Below, piece by piece: positions 20,007-29,175 of a stretch of 64,000 bases of DNA. Under the pieces are notes generated by a model. It did no database searches. It saw only the letters and a list, made by a program, of their open reading frames with translations, and had not been told where the DNA came from. Both the position numbers and the translations under genes were made by a program. Within the stretch, counting starts at the first letter, position 1; the number at the start of each line of letters is the position of its first letter. Origin of the DNA: an uncultured cyanobacterium (GTDB lineage: Bacteria > Cyanobacteriota > Cyanobacteriia > Phormidesmidales > Phormidesmidaceae); contig CAWBZI010000006.1 in assembly GCA_963793265.1 (NCBI GenBank), forward strand, positions 544,001-608,000. The letters run 5' to 3'.

Positions 20007-23000
20007 CTAACGTGTTTTACAGATTTTCCGTAGGCGCTCTAAGTCTTTATCTAAGTCTTCAGAAGCGGTGTTTGCGTAATCTTTTATCTGACTACATCCC
20101 TTTTCTATGAGCCCTGTCAAACTCACAATGTCTTCTATTTCCCAAAGCAATACCTTGCCTTCGAAATCAGTAGAAATTAGCCACTTGCCGTCAGGACTGA
20201 AGTCTATAGCATTCACATCGACTGAATGACCTAGCAGTGAAGTGATGGGCCTGCCGTCGCGATGCCACAGCATAATGGTGTGATCGCTACTCGCAGAGGC
20301 GATCATCTGACCGTCCGGGCTAAAGCTAACGCCTAGCACGCCCGCGCTGTGTCCTGCTAGCGTACTGAAAGTATCTGTTTCAGTATCCCAGAGCGTGATG
20401 GTGCGATCACTACTTGCAGAGGCAATCGTCTGACCATCGGGGCTAAAGCGAACCTGCCGTACCCGATTGCTGTGTCTTCTATGTTCTTTGAGCTTTTTCC
20501 CCTCTGTACTGTAGATCCTAACGGTGGCATCGTCGCCAGCGGTAGCTATCTTTCTCCCATCAGGACTAAACTCAACGCTAAGGACTCTTCCAGCATTTTC
20601 TAATAGGCTCACGCTACGCTTACCATCTAGCGACCACAGCTTTGCCGTACCGTCTTCACTCGCAGAGGCAATTGTTTGATCGTCTGGGCTAAAGCGAAGG
20701 CTGCGAACTCTTTGAGAATGTGGCCTGTACGTTCTGAGCCGCTGTCCATCGGCGCTCCAAAGCTGTACGCTTCCAGCGCCAGCACCCACAGCTATTATGC
20801 TTTCATCGGGATTAAAGCTCACATCGTCAACAGAATTCTGCGGTGACAAGATCCTCACCAGCGTACGATCCGAAGCATTCCAAAGTCTCACCGTTTCATC
20901 ATCTCTACCACCCGTAACGATTGTCTTTTGATCAAGACTGAACTGAACGCTATTAACAGAACCGCGGTGACCTTCAAGAGAATTCAGCCAGGGGCGTTTT
21001 ACCTGCCACAGCTTTGTCATATCATCATTAGAAACGGTGATGAGCGTTTGGCCGTCAGGGCTAAAGTCCAGGCCATTAATTGGGCCAATATGAGCAGCCC
21101 AGTCATCTAGAAAATCTCCTTCGCGGCTCCAAAGGCTGACGTCACCATTTTTGCTGCCAGTCGCAAGCACTGTGCTGGTATTATCAAAGGCAATGCTCCA
21201 GATTTCATTGTAATGCTCAATTTTTGATAAAAACTGACCTTCTGCGTCATAGAGCAGGACATCACCATGCGAGCTAGTGATCGCAAACATCTGCCCATCT
21301 GGGCTAAACTCAGCCATCACCACCCAGGAAACATCAATCGTTTTTATCAAATCGCCACTAACATTCCAAAGCTTGAATAGGCCATCTTCTTCGCTCGCGG
21401 TGAACAACCGGCTACCGTCAGGGCTAAAGCCAGCGGAGCGAACTGAGGCGCTATGGCCCTCAAGCGTTTGGAGAAGCTGGCCGTCTCGACTCCAGACTTC
21501 TGCTAGACCATTTTCTCCGCCGATGATTAGTTTTCGTCCATCTGGGCTAAATTGAGCCGTAAAGACTATTTCATCGTTGGTTGAGATAGTTTGAAATGAT
21601 CCATCTTGAAGGTTCCAAAGCTTCACAGTTCCATCTTGGCTCGCAGAAGCAAGAGATTGCCCGTCGGGACTAAAATGAACGCTCATAACGGGACTTTCGT
21701 GTCCGCTTAAGGTCTTGAACAAGCGACCGTCCGCGTAGCTAATCACAATTGTATGGTCATAGCTGCCGGTTGCAAACAGTCGTCCGTCAGCGCTGTAGTC
21801 TACAGCCTGAACAATATTTTGATGTTGCGCTATTCGATTGCGCTCTCTTGTCCAGAAGACGGCGGCAGCAAGGGTTGTTTTTGTATCCACCTGCGTCTGT
21901 TGCATAAATCGGTTTCCTGGCAGCGATCGCAGGCGATCGGCAGCGATCAAACCGTCTACAAGCGCGTCAAAGTGATACCGGTTACTTGCAAAGTTAGCTG
22001 CTGAGCTGCGTCTGAGCGCGGTTGTGAGGTGAAACTGAGCGGTGACAGCTTGAATAGTAGCGAAAATAGCGATCGCACTCATCGTTGATGTCACCGCAAT
22101 AGCAATGCGTTTGCGACGATGTGTCTGCTGCTGCTTTTGCTGAATACTCTGTTGAATAAAGTCTTGTTCTACACGATTAAATCCATGGTTAGGAGCGCGT
22201 AGCATTTCTGCTAGCACTGCTAGATAAGGACTTGTGTACCAAAGAAAGCTCATAGACTTTTTGGGCGAGCTTACGGCTATCTGCTGCCATTCATTAGCCG
22301 CCTGAGTCAGTCGCCGCTGCAAAGGTAGTTTCTCCTCGGCAGCACTCTTCCAAATCAACAGCTTATCCCATCCTCTCACCAGCGCATCGTGCGTCGGCTC
22401 TAGATAAATCTCTTCATTAACATCTGTACCCGTTGTGATTAGGCGAGCTGCCAAAAACGCATCAACCACAGCTTTTGCACGGCTATCTTCTGGTTCTCTA
22501 TAAACCAGTTCAGCAGCAGAGACTTTCCGCCGTGCCATCTCTCCACCCGTTGCCACCATCCGTAGCATCACATTTTGCACAGTTTGAGCATAGGCCACAT
22601 CTTGATCAATCAAAGTTTGGTACTCGCAGTTTGCTCTTTGCGTCAGAGAATGAACAACTCCGCCTAGTTCTTCATAGTCAAGCCGTGTCAGCGCTCGGTC
22701 TATAATAGTGCCGCCATATTGCGCTACCCGCTGACGCTCTAAGTACTTTGTATACAGCTCGCTGAGGGCAAACGACAGCAGCGGCAGCGCCCCAGGCATA
22801 TTTGCAACTTCATCAATTAGCGTTTCTACTAAATCATGCGGTTCAAAGAACATCACTCGCGCTTCTGCCGGTTTTTCGATAGCCTCTCGCAGTTCTGAAC
22901 GGGTCATTGCAGGCACCATAAACCGTCCTCTTTGCCAACGGCTTTTGAGTTCTGTTTCGCCCTGCTGACGTAGCATCTCAGGCACAAACTTTAGGCCAAT

Positions 23001-24392
23001 ATCTCTCACCTGTGGTTCAAAGTCTGATCTTAGCGTCAGCACTAGCCTGAGCTGCGTTCGGTGATCGTCAATAGCCGTGAGGATCTGTTGAAAAAAGTTG
23101 GCGCGCTCAGTTTGACTAGCGCATAGCGTGATGATTTCTTCGCTTTGGTCTATAAAGATAAAGAGCTGACTGTTAGGCGATCGCCTGGCCCAAGCAGCAA
23201 CACTCTGACTCAGCGTCTTTTTACGATCTAAAGGATTAACGCCGGGCAAATGGGCCTGACTCAAAGCCTGATTTAGTGAGTCAAAAGGATGTTCTCCGGG
23301 GCGAATTGCGGGCAGCAACTGCCAGCTTTCGTTCAAGCTATCTATCAGCGAGGGAATTAGGCCCGCTTTCACCAAACTGGACTTACCAGAGCCAGAAGCC
23401 CCTAGTACAATCGTCAGTGGGCGCGCTGCAACAAACTTTTGAAGCTGTTCAACCAGGCCGTCTCTACCAAAAAAGTCTTTGCTATGCTGCGGCTCAAAGG
23501 GGCGCAAACCGCGATAGGGATTAGTTGATTCATCTAGCTTGGGGGCGTCGGGTAAATTGAGTTCGTGCCCAGGCACCCAGAAGATATATTCTCCTTTGTC
23601 GTGTTTTTTTAGGGGATGGAGCCCTGGTGTTTGGCGGAGGGCGCGTTCTGCGGTGGCAATTTCGACGCGATCGCGCAAATACAGATACAGCTCTGTCGCC
23701 GTAATCACCCCGTCTCCCGCAGGCCGATCTAATCCCGCCGCTGGATAAGCATCCGCCTCTCCTCCAATCGCTTCCATTAGAGCCGCTGCAAAAGGAGAAT
23801 GCTTACCACTTTGTCCCCGCTCACCGCTCAAGCTAAAGGCGTCTAGCGCCTTTTGATCACACGCCGCAGACGTTAGTATCTGCCAGGCAGGATCTCGAAT
23901 AAAGCGGTCGTAGCGCTCCCGGTGAATGACTGCTGGCAAGTGACTAATATCGCGCGTGCTTGACCAGCGAAAGGCACCGGCAAAGCAACAGTCTAAAATG
24001 CCTAAAAAATGCCGACAGGGCAGCTCACATAGCGCCGCCTGTAAAGCGGGCATTGCCAAATAGCTACGGGTATCCCCGGCTCTAGCATCTTGAGGAATCA
24101 GATAGCCTTCTGGGCCATCCTCTCCGTTGAGCGCAATCCCGTGGCCTGCAAAATAAAACAACAGCCGACTGTCGGGCGTTACCTGCTGGGGCAAAACAGT
24201 CGCTAATAGGTGTTGCAAGGCTGATAGCGTAGCCTGCTGATCGATTAAGACCGTGACTTGATAGTGGTGGTCTTGTTGCAGCATTTGTGCGATCGCTTCT
24301 ACATCGCTCACAGCCGTCTGAAGTGAGCTTAATCCGCTGCCATATTGATCAATTCCAATAACAACTGCAAAATCTTGAGAAAACTCAGCCAC
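20007..24392 (-). CDS. Caspase-like (C14) protease fused to STAND NTPase and WD40 repeats (NLR-like)
   Basis: FYFAGHG/ILDCC dyad; GASGSGKSS Walker A; IFIDQSEE Walker B; GALPLLSFAL; about 14 WD40 repeats. GTG at 24392 follows GGAAAAGG. Confidence 0.92.
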   Translation of the reverse strand: MAEFSQDFAVVIGIDQYGSGLSSLQTAVSDVEAIAQMLQQDHHYQVTVLIDQQATLSALQHLLATVLPQQVTPDSRLLFYFAGHGIALNGEDGPEGYLIPQDARAGDTRSYLAMPALQAALCELPCRHFLGILDCCFAGAFRWSSTRDISHLPAVIHRERYDRFIRDPAWQILTSAACDQKALDAFSLSGERGQSGKHSPFAAALMEAIGGEADAYPAAGLDRPAGDGVITATELYLYLRDRVEIATAERALRQTPGLHPLKKHDKGEYIFWVPGHELNLPDAPKLDESTNPYRGLRPFEPQHSKDFFGRDGLVEQLQKFVAARPLTIVLGASGSGKSSLVKAGLIPSLIDSLNESWQLLPAIRPGEHPFDSLNQALSQAHLPGVNPLDRKKTLSQSVAAWARRSPNSQLFIFIDQSEEIITLCASQTERANFFQQILTAIDDHRTQLRLVLTLRSDFEPQVRDIGLKFVPEMLRQQGETELKSRWQRGRFMVPAMTRSELREAIEKPAEARVMFFEPHDLVETLIDEVANMPGALPLLSFALSELYTKYLERQRVAQYGGTIIDRALTRLDYEELGGVVHSLTQRANCEYQTLIDQDVAYAQTVQNVMLRMVATGGEMARRKVSAAELVYREPEDSRAKAVVDAFLAARLITTGTDVNEEIYLEPTHDALVRGWDKLLIWKSAAEEKLPLQRRLTQAANEWQQIAVSSPKKSMSFLWYTSPYLAVLAEMLRAPNHGFNRVEQDFIQQSIQQKQQQTHRRKRIAIAVTSTMSAIAIFATIQAVTAQFHLTTALRRSSAANFASNRYHFDALVDGLIAADRLRSLPGNRFMQQTQVDTKTTLAAAVFWTRERNRIAQHQNIVQAVDYSADGRLFATGSYDHTIVISYADGRLFKTLSGHESPVMSVHFSPDGQSLASASQDGTVKLWNLQDGSFQTISTNDEIVFTAQFSPDGRKLIIGGENGLAEVWSRDGQLLQTLEGHSASVRSAGFSPDGSRLFTASEEDGLFKLWNVSGDLIKTIDVSWVVMAEFSPDGQMFAITSSHGDVLLYDAEGQFLSKIEHYNEIWSIAFDNTSTVLATGSKNGDVSLWSREGDFLDDWAAHIGPINGLDFSPDGQTLITVSNDDMTKLWQVKRPWLNSLEGHRGSVNSVQFSLDQKTIVTGGRDDETVRLWNASDRTLVRILSPQNSVDDVSFNPDESIIAVGAGAGSVQLWSADGQRLRTYRPHSQRVRSLRFSPDDQTIASASEDGTAKLWSLDGKRSVSLLENAGRVLSVEFSPDGRKIATAGDDATVRIYSTEGKKLKEHRRHSNRVRQVRFSPDGQTIASASSDRTITLWDTETDTFSTLAGHSAGVLGVSFSPDGQMIASASSDHTIMLWHRDGRPITSLLGHSVDVNAIDFSPDGKWLISTDFEGKVLLWEIEDIVSLTGLIEKGCSQIKDYANTASEDLDKDLERLRKICKTR

Positions 24393-24452
24393 CCTTTTCC
24401 GTCTCCATGCGATTGTTGTTTTTCTAAACTTGCTGCCGAGCAAGCCTAGCGA

Positions 24453-25646
24453 TCAACAAGGCAACGGCTTTTGGTAGAGGTCGAGAATGACTTCTATAAT
24501 GCCGACAAAGGCGATCGCACCTATTACAAAAACCGGCAGCAGCATAGAGCCAAAAGCTGCGATCGCCAACACCGCCGCCGCCGCTGCTAACCGATGCCGC
24601 GTTCTCGCCTTACAGGCAAAAATCACGCCCGTCCTATGCAAAATGGCCAGCGCCACATAGCAAAGCGCTACCGAACCTGCCATCAACCAGCGCTCATTTC
24701 CAGGCAGCGGCTCATTCGGCGCACTTACAACAATATGCTCTACGCCAATCCCCGCAGCCGCTAAGCCAATCACCAAAGGCAGATGACCATATAGCCAAAC
24801 CTGCAAAATCAAAATTCGCCCCGTACTGCGAACTTTTTCTAACGCTGTACCGAGGGAGTTTTCAAAATAGAGCCACCACAGACTAAAAGCCGCAACAAAG
24901 CCCAGTACCGCTGAGAGGGCACCATTCATACTCCAAGCCATCTCAGAGACACCATTCACTACCCCTAGTACCGCTTCACCCAGCACAATAATTGTGAATA
25001 GCCCGAAGCGCTCGGGTAAATGTTCAGCATGAGGCGGCATCTGCCTTTGACCGCTAGCCGCAACTATCGGCGCAACAAAATCGACTAGCAAACCTACAAA
25101 CCACAGCACGAATCGTAAAGGGGCCGGTACGAACAAAGAGACAATCCATAGCGCTGCGCCAATAGCAAATCCAACGTTCATCGGATAGATGAGCGGCCTG
25201 GCCTGTGGAATGTGTTTAGCAGCTCTTAAGTATTCGATGATCAGCAACACTCGTGAAACAATGTAGCTGAGGGCAAAGCCAATGGACGTGTCGCTCCAGG
25301 CGTGGTGGATGTTGACGGCAAGCGCTGCGATCGCCAGCATTTGCAAACCCATCATGAGCCGCCGAATCGTATCGTCCGAATCAAATCTATTCGCATAGAA
25401 AGTAGTGCCAATCCAAGTCCACCACAGCGGCACAAACAGCCCCGCGTAGCTCAAAAAACCACCAATCGAAACGTCTCCACTGAGCTTATGGGCAAGTTGA
25501 GACACCGCGACCACAAACACCAAGTCGTAGAAAAGCTCTAGCCAGGTAGCATGACGCGGCTCGCCTTTTTCTTCATCGTAAATTCGCAGCCTGGGCGGCG
25601 CAGTAATCACGAGCTTCGAGAAAGGGGTGGGGGCGGGTGGTTGCAT
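24453..25646 (-). CDS. Low temperature requirement protein A (LtrA family)
   Basis: RHATWLELFYDLVFV; HLPERFGLFTIIVLGE. Confidence 0.92.
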   Translation of the reverse strand: MQPPAPTPFSKLVITAPPRLRIYDEEKGEPRHATWLELFYDLVFVVAVSQLAHKLSGDVSIGGFLSYAGLFVPLWWTWIGTTFYANRFDSDDTIRRLMMGLQMLAIAALAVNIHHAWSDTSIGFALSYIVSRVLLIIEYLRAAKHIPQARPLIYPMNVGFAIGAALWIVSLFVPAPLRFVLWFVGLLVDFVAPIVAASGQRQMPPHAEHLPERFGLFTIIVLGEAVLGVVNGVSEMAWSMNGALSAVLGFVAAFSLWWLYFENSLGTALEKVRSTGRILILQVWLYGHLPLVIGLAAAGIGVEHIVVSAPNEPLPGNERWLMAGSVALCYVALAILHRTGVIFACKARTRHRLAAAAAVLAIAAFGSMLLPVFVIGAIAFVGIIEVILDLYQKPLPC

Positions 25647-25905
25647 GGCACAAAGGTAGATACAGAGCACAGATGAAATAGTCGCACGATTTAACTACGA
25701 CTTAACTACGCGCGCAATACCCCAAACTTAGCAAAGCTCTCAGCGCTTGGCGTAATTAACCGCATGATTGGCTGACAAAAGTTTAGTCGAGAAGAAACTT
25801 AACGGTGATAGCGTGAAGCTAGTATAAAAGGTTTTAAATTGTGTCAGTGAAGTTACTGAGCTTGATAGTATGTAGGAGTGACCCGTCTGTTCTATCTCGA
25901 TCGTT

Positions 25906-28323
25906 ATGATGCCTGATTCTTTCTCTGACTCCGCTGCTAACGTATCAGAGCCTAAAAGACGATTCCGGCTCAATTCCTTTGGTGTTAGGCTTTTTAGCGT
26001 CATTATGGGCGGCGCAATTTTGAGCATTACTGGCGTTACTTTTCTCTTTAGTGAAACGGTTAAGCTTCAGGCTGAAGAGCAAATTCAAAAAATTATAGAG
26101 AGCAAAGTTGGCAGTACCCGTGAAGTAACAGATCGGGCGGAGGCTTTGGCTAATAGCTTAAGCATTAGCGTCGCTACGCTACACGTCCGCAAAGCAGAAA
26201 CGCCAGAAACCTATAAGGAGCTGACTCGTAAGCTATTCCAGGAACATCCAGACTATATTGTTGGCTTAGGATTTGGGCAGAAGGAGTATGGAATTCTTCC
26301 TAGCCAACAGTGGTTCTATCCCTATTATCAAGCGCAACGAACGAGCCCAGACGAGGCTCGTTCAGCATCGGTTCTTGTGCAGACAGAGGGAGCCCAGGAG
26401 ACGAAGAAAGAGACACAAGCTGCACAAACTTCCAATACTCGCTATATCAATCGAGCGTTGGAACCATATTTTTACCCTGAAACAGAAGCCTATCGAACCT
26501 ACTTTTTGCCTCAAAAGGAGCTTTGGACTTCTCCCTACTCAAACAGTGAGGACGTTTCTACAGAAAATCCTAGTCTCTTACTGACTTACTACTCACAAAT
26601 TTTTGACAATGAAAACAATTGGATAGGGACTGCTGTAGTAGATGTTGATAGTGCCTACTTAAGTGAGATTATTGATGAACCTATCTACAGAGGCCAAGGA
26701 CGCTTGGTTTTGGCTGCAGAGAATGGCGATATCATTGCTAACCCAGCTAACGCGAACAGTATTGAGGGTCAAACCTATGTTGATGTTCCAGGGTTGACCG
26801 AAATCTGGTCAAAAATCAACGCGGAAGCGAATACTCAAGCTGTTGGGTTGATAGAAGGTGAGTCTGGATATTGGTCATATAGCCGGGTGCCTGAACAGTC
26901 TTGGTTAATTGTGGCCTACGTTCCATACCGCGCTGTATTTAAAGAGATCGTTTTGACTGCGCTCACCGCTGTACTACCTGCTGGACTACTAATGGCGGGT
27001 TTAACGGCTTTGGTTGTTCGCTATCTCAACCAGCGACTTCGCCCTGTTATTAATGAGTGTCAACGTCTTTCATCAGCAAGCGGTTTCACTAACACTCAGG
27101 TTAAAGGAAGAGATGAGCTTGAGCAGCTTTCGACTTCTTTTTTTAGTATGCTTGAACAGTTAAAGCTGAATTTAAATCAGCCACACCGCACGGCGCAGCA
27201 GCCGTATCCGCCCCTAGCCCCTGGGCAGATGATCGAACTGCTACCCCCAGAAATCTCCCCTTTAGAAGTCGATCGACAGCTTTCCCCTCAGAAGCTGCAG
27301 CGAGAACTGGTTCGCCTTAATGAAGCCGTTAGTTCCTTGGCAAAAGACTCTCGATTATCTGAGGTTACTTTAAAGCCTTCAGACCCTCAGGGCTTAGAGA
27401 CGTCACTCTCATCATCAGCACGAGCAGAAATCGCTTCTATTCAAGATCGACTGAACCAAATTTTCCCCCAAGTTTTAGCGACGCTGAATCAATTTTCTCA
27501 TCTGCTGAGCGCATTTAATCAAACCCAAAACTGTACGATGCTGATTCAAGAGACCATGCTCAACGCCAACCGGGATGTTGAAATGCAGGCTAGCGTTGTA
27601 AATCAGCTACAGCAGTGTGCAATTCGTTTTCGGCCGTTAGCTGAAGACGGCCATCGGACAAAAAACGGAACCAAAAGTCAAGAAGGTGAGTTGACGACTC
27701 ATCCGGCATTTAACGCCTTACAATCGACTTCAGAGCAAATCGGTGAACAGATAGGCGCACTCTCTGAAGCTGCCGAAGATAATCACCGTAAGGCCAAAGA
27801 ATACCAAAGAATTGCTAGCACAGCCCAAGTTCTGATTATTAATGCTTCAACCCTAGCTATCTCAGCCTCTAGGCCACAAAATCCTGAAACACACGCAGAA
27901 ATTGTCACTCAGCTACGCCAGAAAGAAACAGCGCTAAAAGCACTAGCTGAACATTTAGAAACCGCGCAGCTAGAGCAGCAAAGTAGCGCTTCCGTCAAAG
28001 CGATCGCATTAAAGCTGAAGGCGGTCGTCGGTACGTTAGATCAAGACATGCAGCAGCTTGATCATGCCATGCAGTCTGTGCTGAATGAGTATTCTAGGCG
28101 CTACGGTGAGGAGGTTCAACGGATATCTTCAAAGAGCGGGCCAGAAAGTTCAGATAGCCAATCTCTCATCCAGCAGATAAAGCACCTCCGTCAAAACCTA
28201 CAGCAAATGAAAATGCTGACAGATGATATGAGCGAGCATATTTCCTCGACGCTACAACAGACACAGCAGATCAGTTCAATAAAGGCCAATGTTTCTTTAG
28301 CCATTGAGCTTGGTGAAGTCTAG
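25906..28323 (+). CDS. Cache/HAMP membrane sensor with a degenerate MCP-like coiled-coil C-terminus
   Basis: TM, dCache-like region (WTSPY, IIANP), TM, HAMP (DELEQLSTSF), then a long coiled coil without the canonical MCP tip. Confidence 0.72.
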   Translation: MMPDSFSDSAANVSEPKRRFRLNSFGVRLFSVIMGGAILSITGVTFLFSETVKLQAEEQIQKIIESKVGSTREVTDRAEALANSLSISVATLHVRKAETPETYKELTRKLFQEHPDYIVGLGFGQKEYGILPSQQWFYPYYQAQRTSPDEARSASVLVQTEGAQETKKETQAAQTSNTRYINRALEPYFYPETEAYRTYFLPQKELWTSPYSNSEDVSTENPSLLLTYYSQIFDNENNWIGTAVVDVDSAYLSEIIDEPIYRGQGRLVLAAENGDIIANPANANSIEGQTYVDVPGLTEIWSKINAEANTQAVGLIEGESGYWSYSRVPEQSWLIVAYVPYRAVFKEIVLTALTAVLPAGLLMAGLTALVVRYLNQRLRPVINECQRLSSASGFTNTQVKGRDELEQLSTSFFSMLEQLKLNLNQPHRTAQQPYPPLAPGQMIELLPPEISPLEVDRQLSPQKLQRELVRLNEAVSSLAKDSRLSEVTLKPSDPQGLETSLSSSARAEIASIQDRLNQIFPQVLATLNQFSHLLSAFNQTQNCTMLIQETMLNANRDVEMQASVVNQLQQCAIRFRPLAEDGHRTKNGTKSQEGELTTHPAFNALQSTSEQIGEQIGALSEAAEDNHRKAKEYQRIASTAQVLIINASTLAISASRPQNPETHAEIVTQLRQKETALKALAEHLETAQLEQQSSASVKAIALKLKAVVGTLDQDMQQLDHAMQSVLNEYSRRYGEEVQRISSKSGPESSDSQSLIQQIKHLRQNLQQMKMLTDDMSEHISSTLQQTQQISSIKANVSLAIELGEV

Positions 28324-28336
28324 AGCCATAGCCTTC

Positions 28337-29077
28337 TTATGCAAACAAATCAGCGGCTTCTTTAATGAGTGAAATGATCCAGGCGAGCACAAGACTTATC
28401 CATATTGCTAGCTCTGCTTGAGGAAGCCCGATCAGCCAATGCCAGCGCTCAGCCCATCCCGTAGGCTGAGCGCGCATCCACCATGCCGAAATCTGCCGGG
28501 GCCATAGCCGAGGGCTATCTTGCGTTCTAATTCGAGTTTGCCACACCGACAGTAGGAGCGGCGCACCGCCCACTTTTGCATTCATTAGCAAATGAAGGGC
28601 GATGACGCTGACCATTACCACCCAAGAAATGACATGGGCGATATACCAAGCGTGATTCAATTCACCTTTCGGCAGCCAGGTTGAGTCCATCATTTTGCCG
28701 CTAAATAGCGCGAACGTGAGAGCAAATAGTGCCAGCGTATTAATGAGACGATTAAGGGTGTACCACCAAATAGGCGATCCTACCTTTGTTCTAGCTTTGC
28801 TTAGGGTAGAGAAAGCATTGGGCTGGATTAAGCGCTTTTGTCCCCGCTGAAAGGAATACCGCAGGAAAACTGGAAAGATTAGCAGCGTATACAGTCCAAA
28901 GGTGCCATGAATGCCCTCAACTGCTTTGTAGTCAGGCAGCGGCAGGCTTAGCCAGCGGCCATCGTAAGTGCTATAGGTCCAAAGGGCACTCAGAATGGCC
29001 AAGATTAAACAGATGCCCGTAAGTCCGTGCAGAAATCGAAATAGAAAGGGTTGATAAGGGGAAGTGTATTTAGACAT
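28337..29077 (-). CDS. Cytochrome b561/b6-like membrane protein
   Basis: Four TM helices with His ligands (RFLHG, GIHG, IAHV, ALHL). Confidence 0.8.
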   Translation of the reverse strand: MSKYTSPYQPFLFRFLHGLTGICLILAILSALWTYSTYDGRWLSLPLPDYKAVEGIHGTFGLYTLLIFPVFLRYSFQRGQKRLIQPNAFSTLSKARTKVGSPIWWYTLNRLINTLALFALTFALFSGKMMDSTWLPKGELNHAWYIAHVISWVVMVSVIALHLLMNAKVGGAPLLLSVWQTRIRTQDSPRLWPRQISAWWMRAQPTGWAERWHWLIGLPQAELAIWISLVLAWIISLIKEAADLFA

Positions 29078-29175
29078 ATCGCAGTCTTGAACGATTTTAA
29101 GGGGGCTGCAGCCCCCTATATGCTACCGTTTAATTTCTTCTTCTTAATGCCGTAAGCTTGCTACAAACTCACAAC

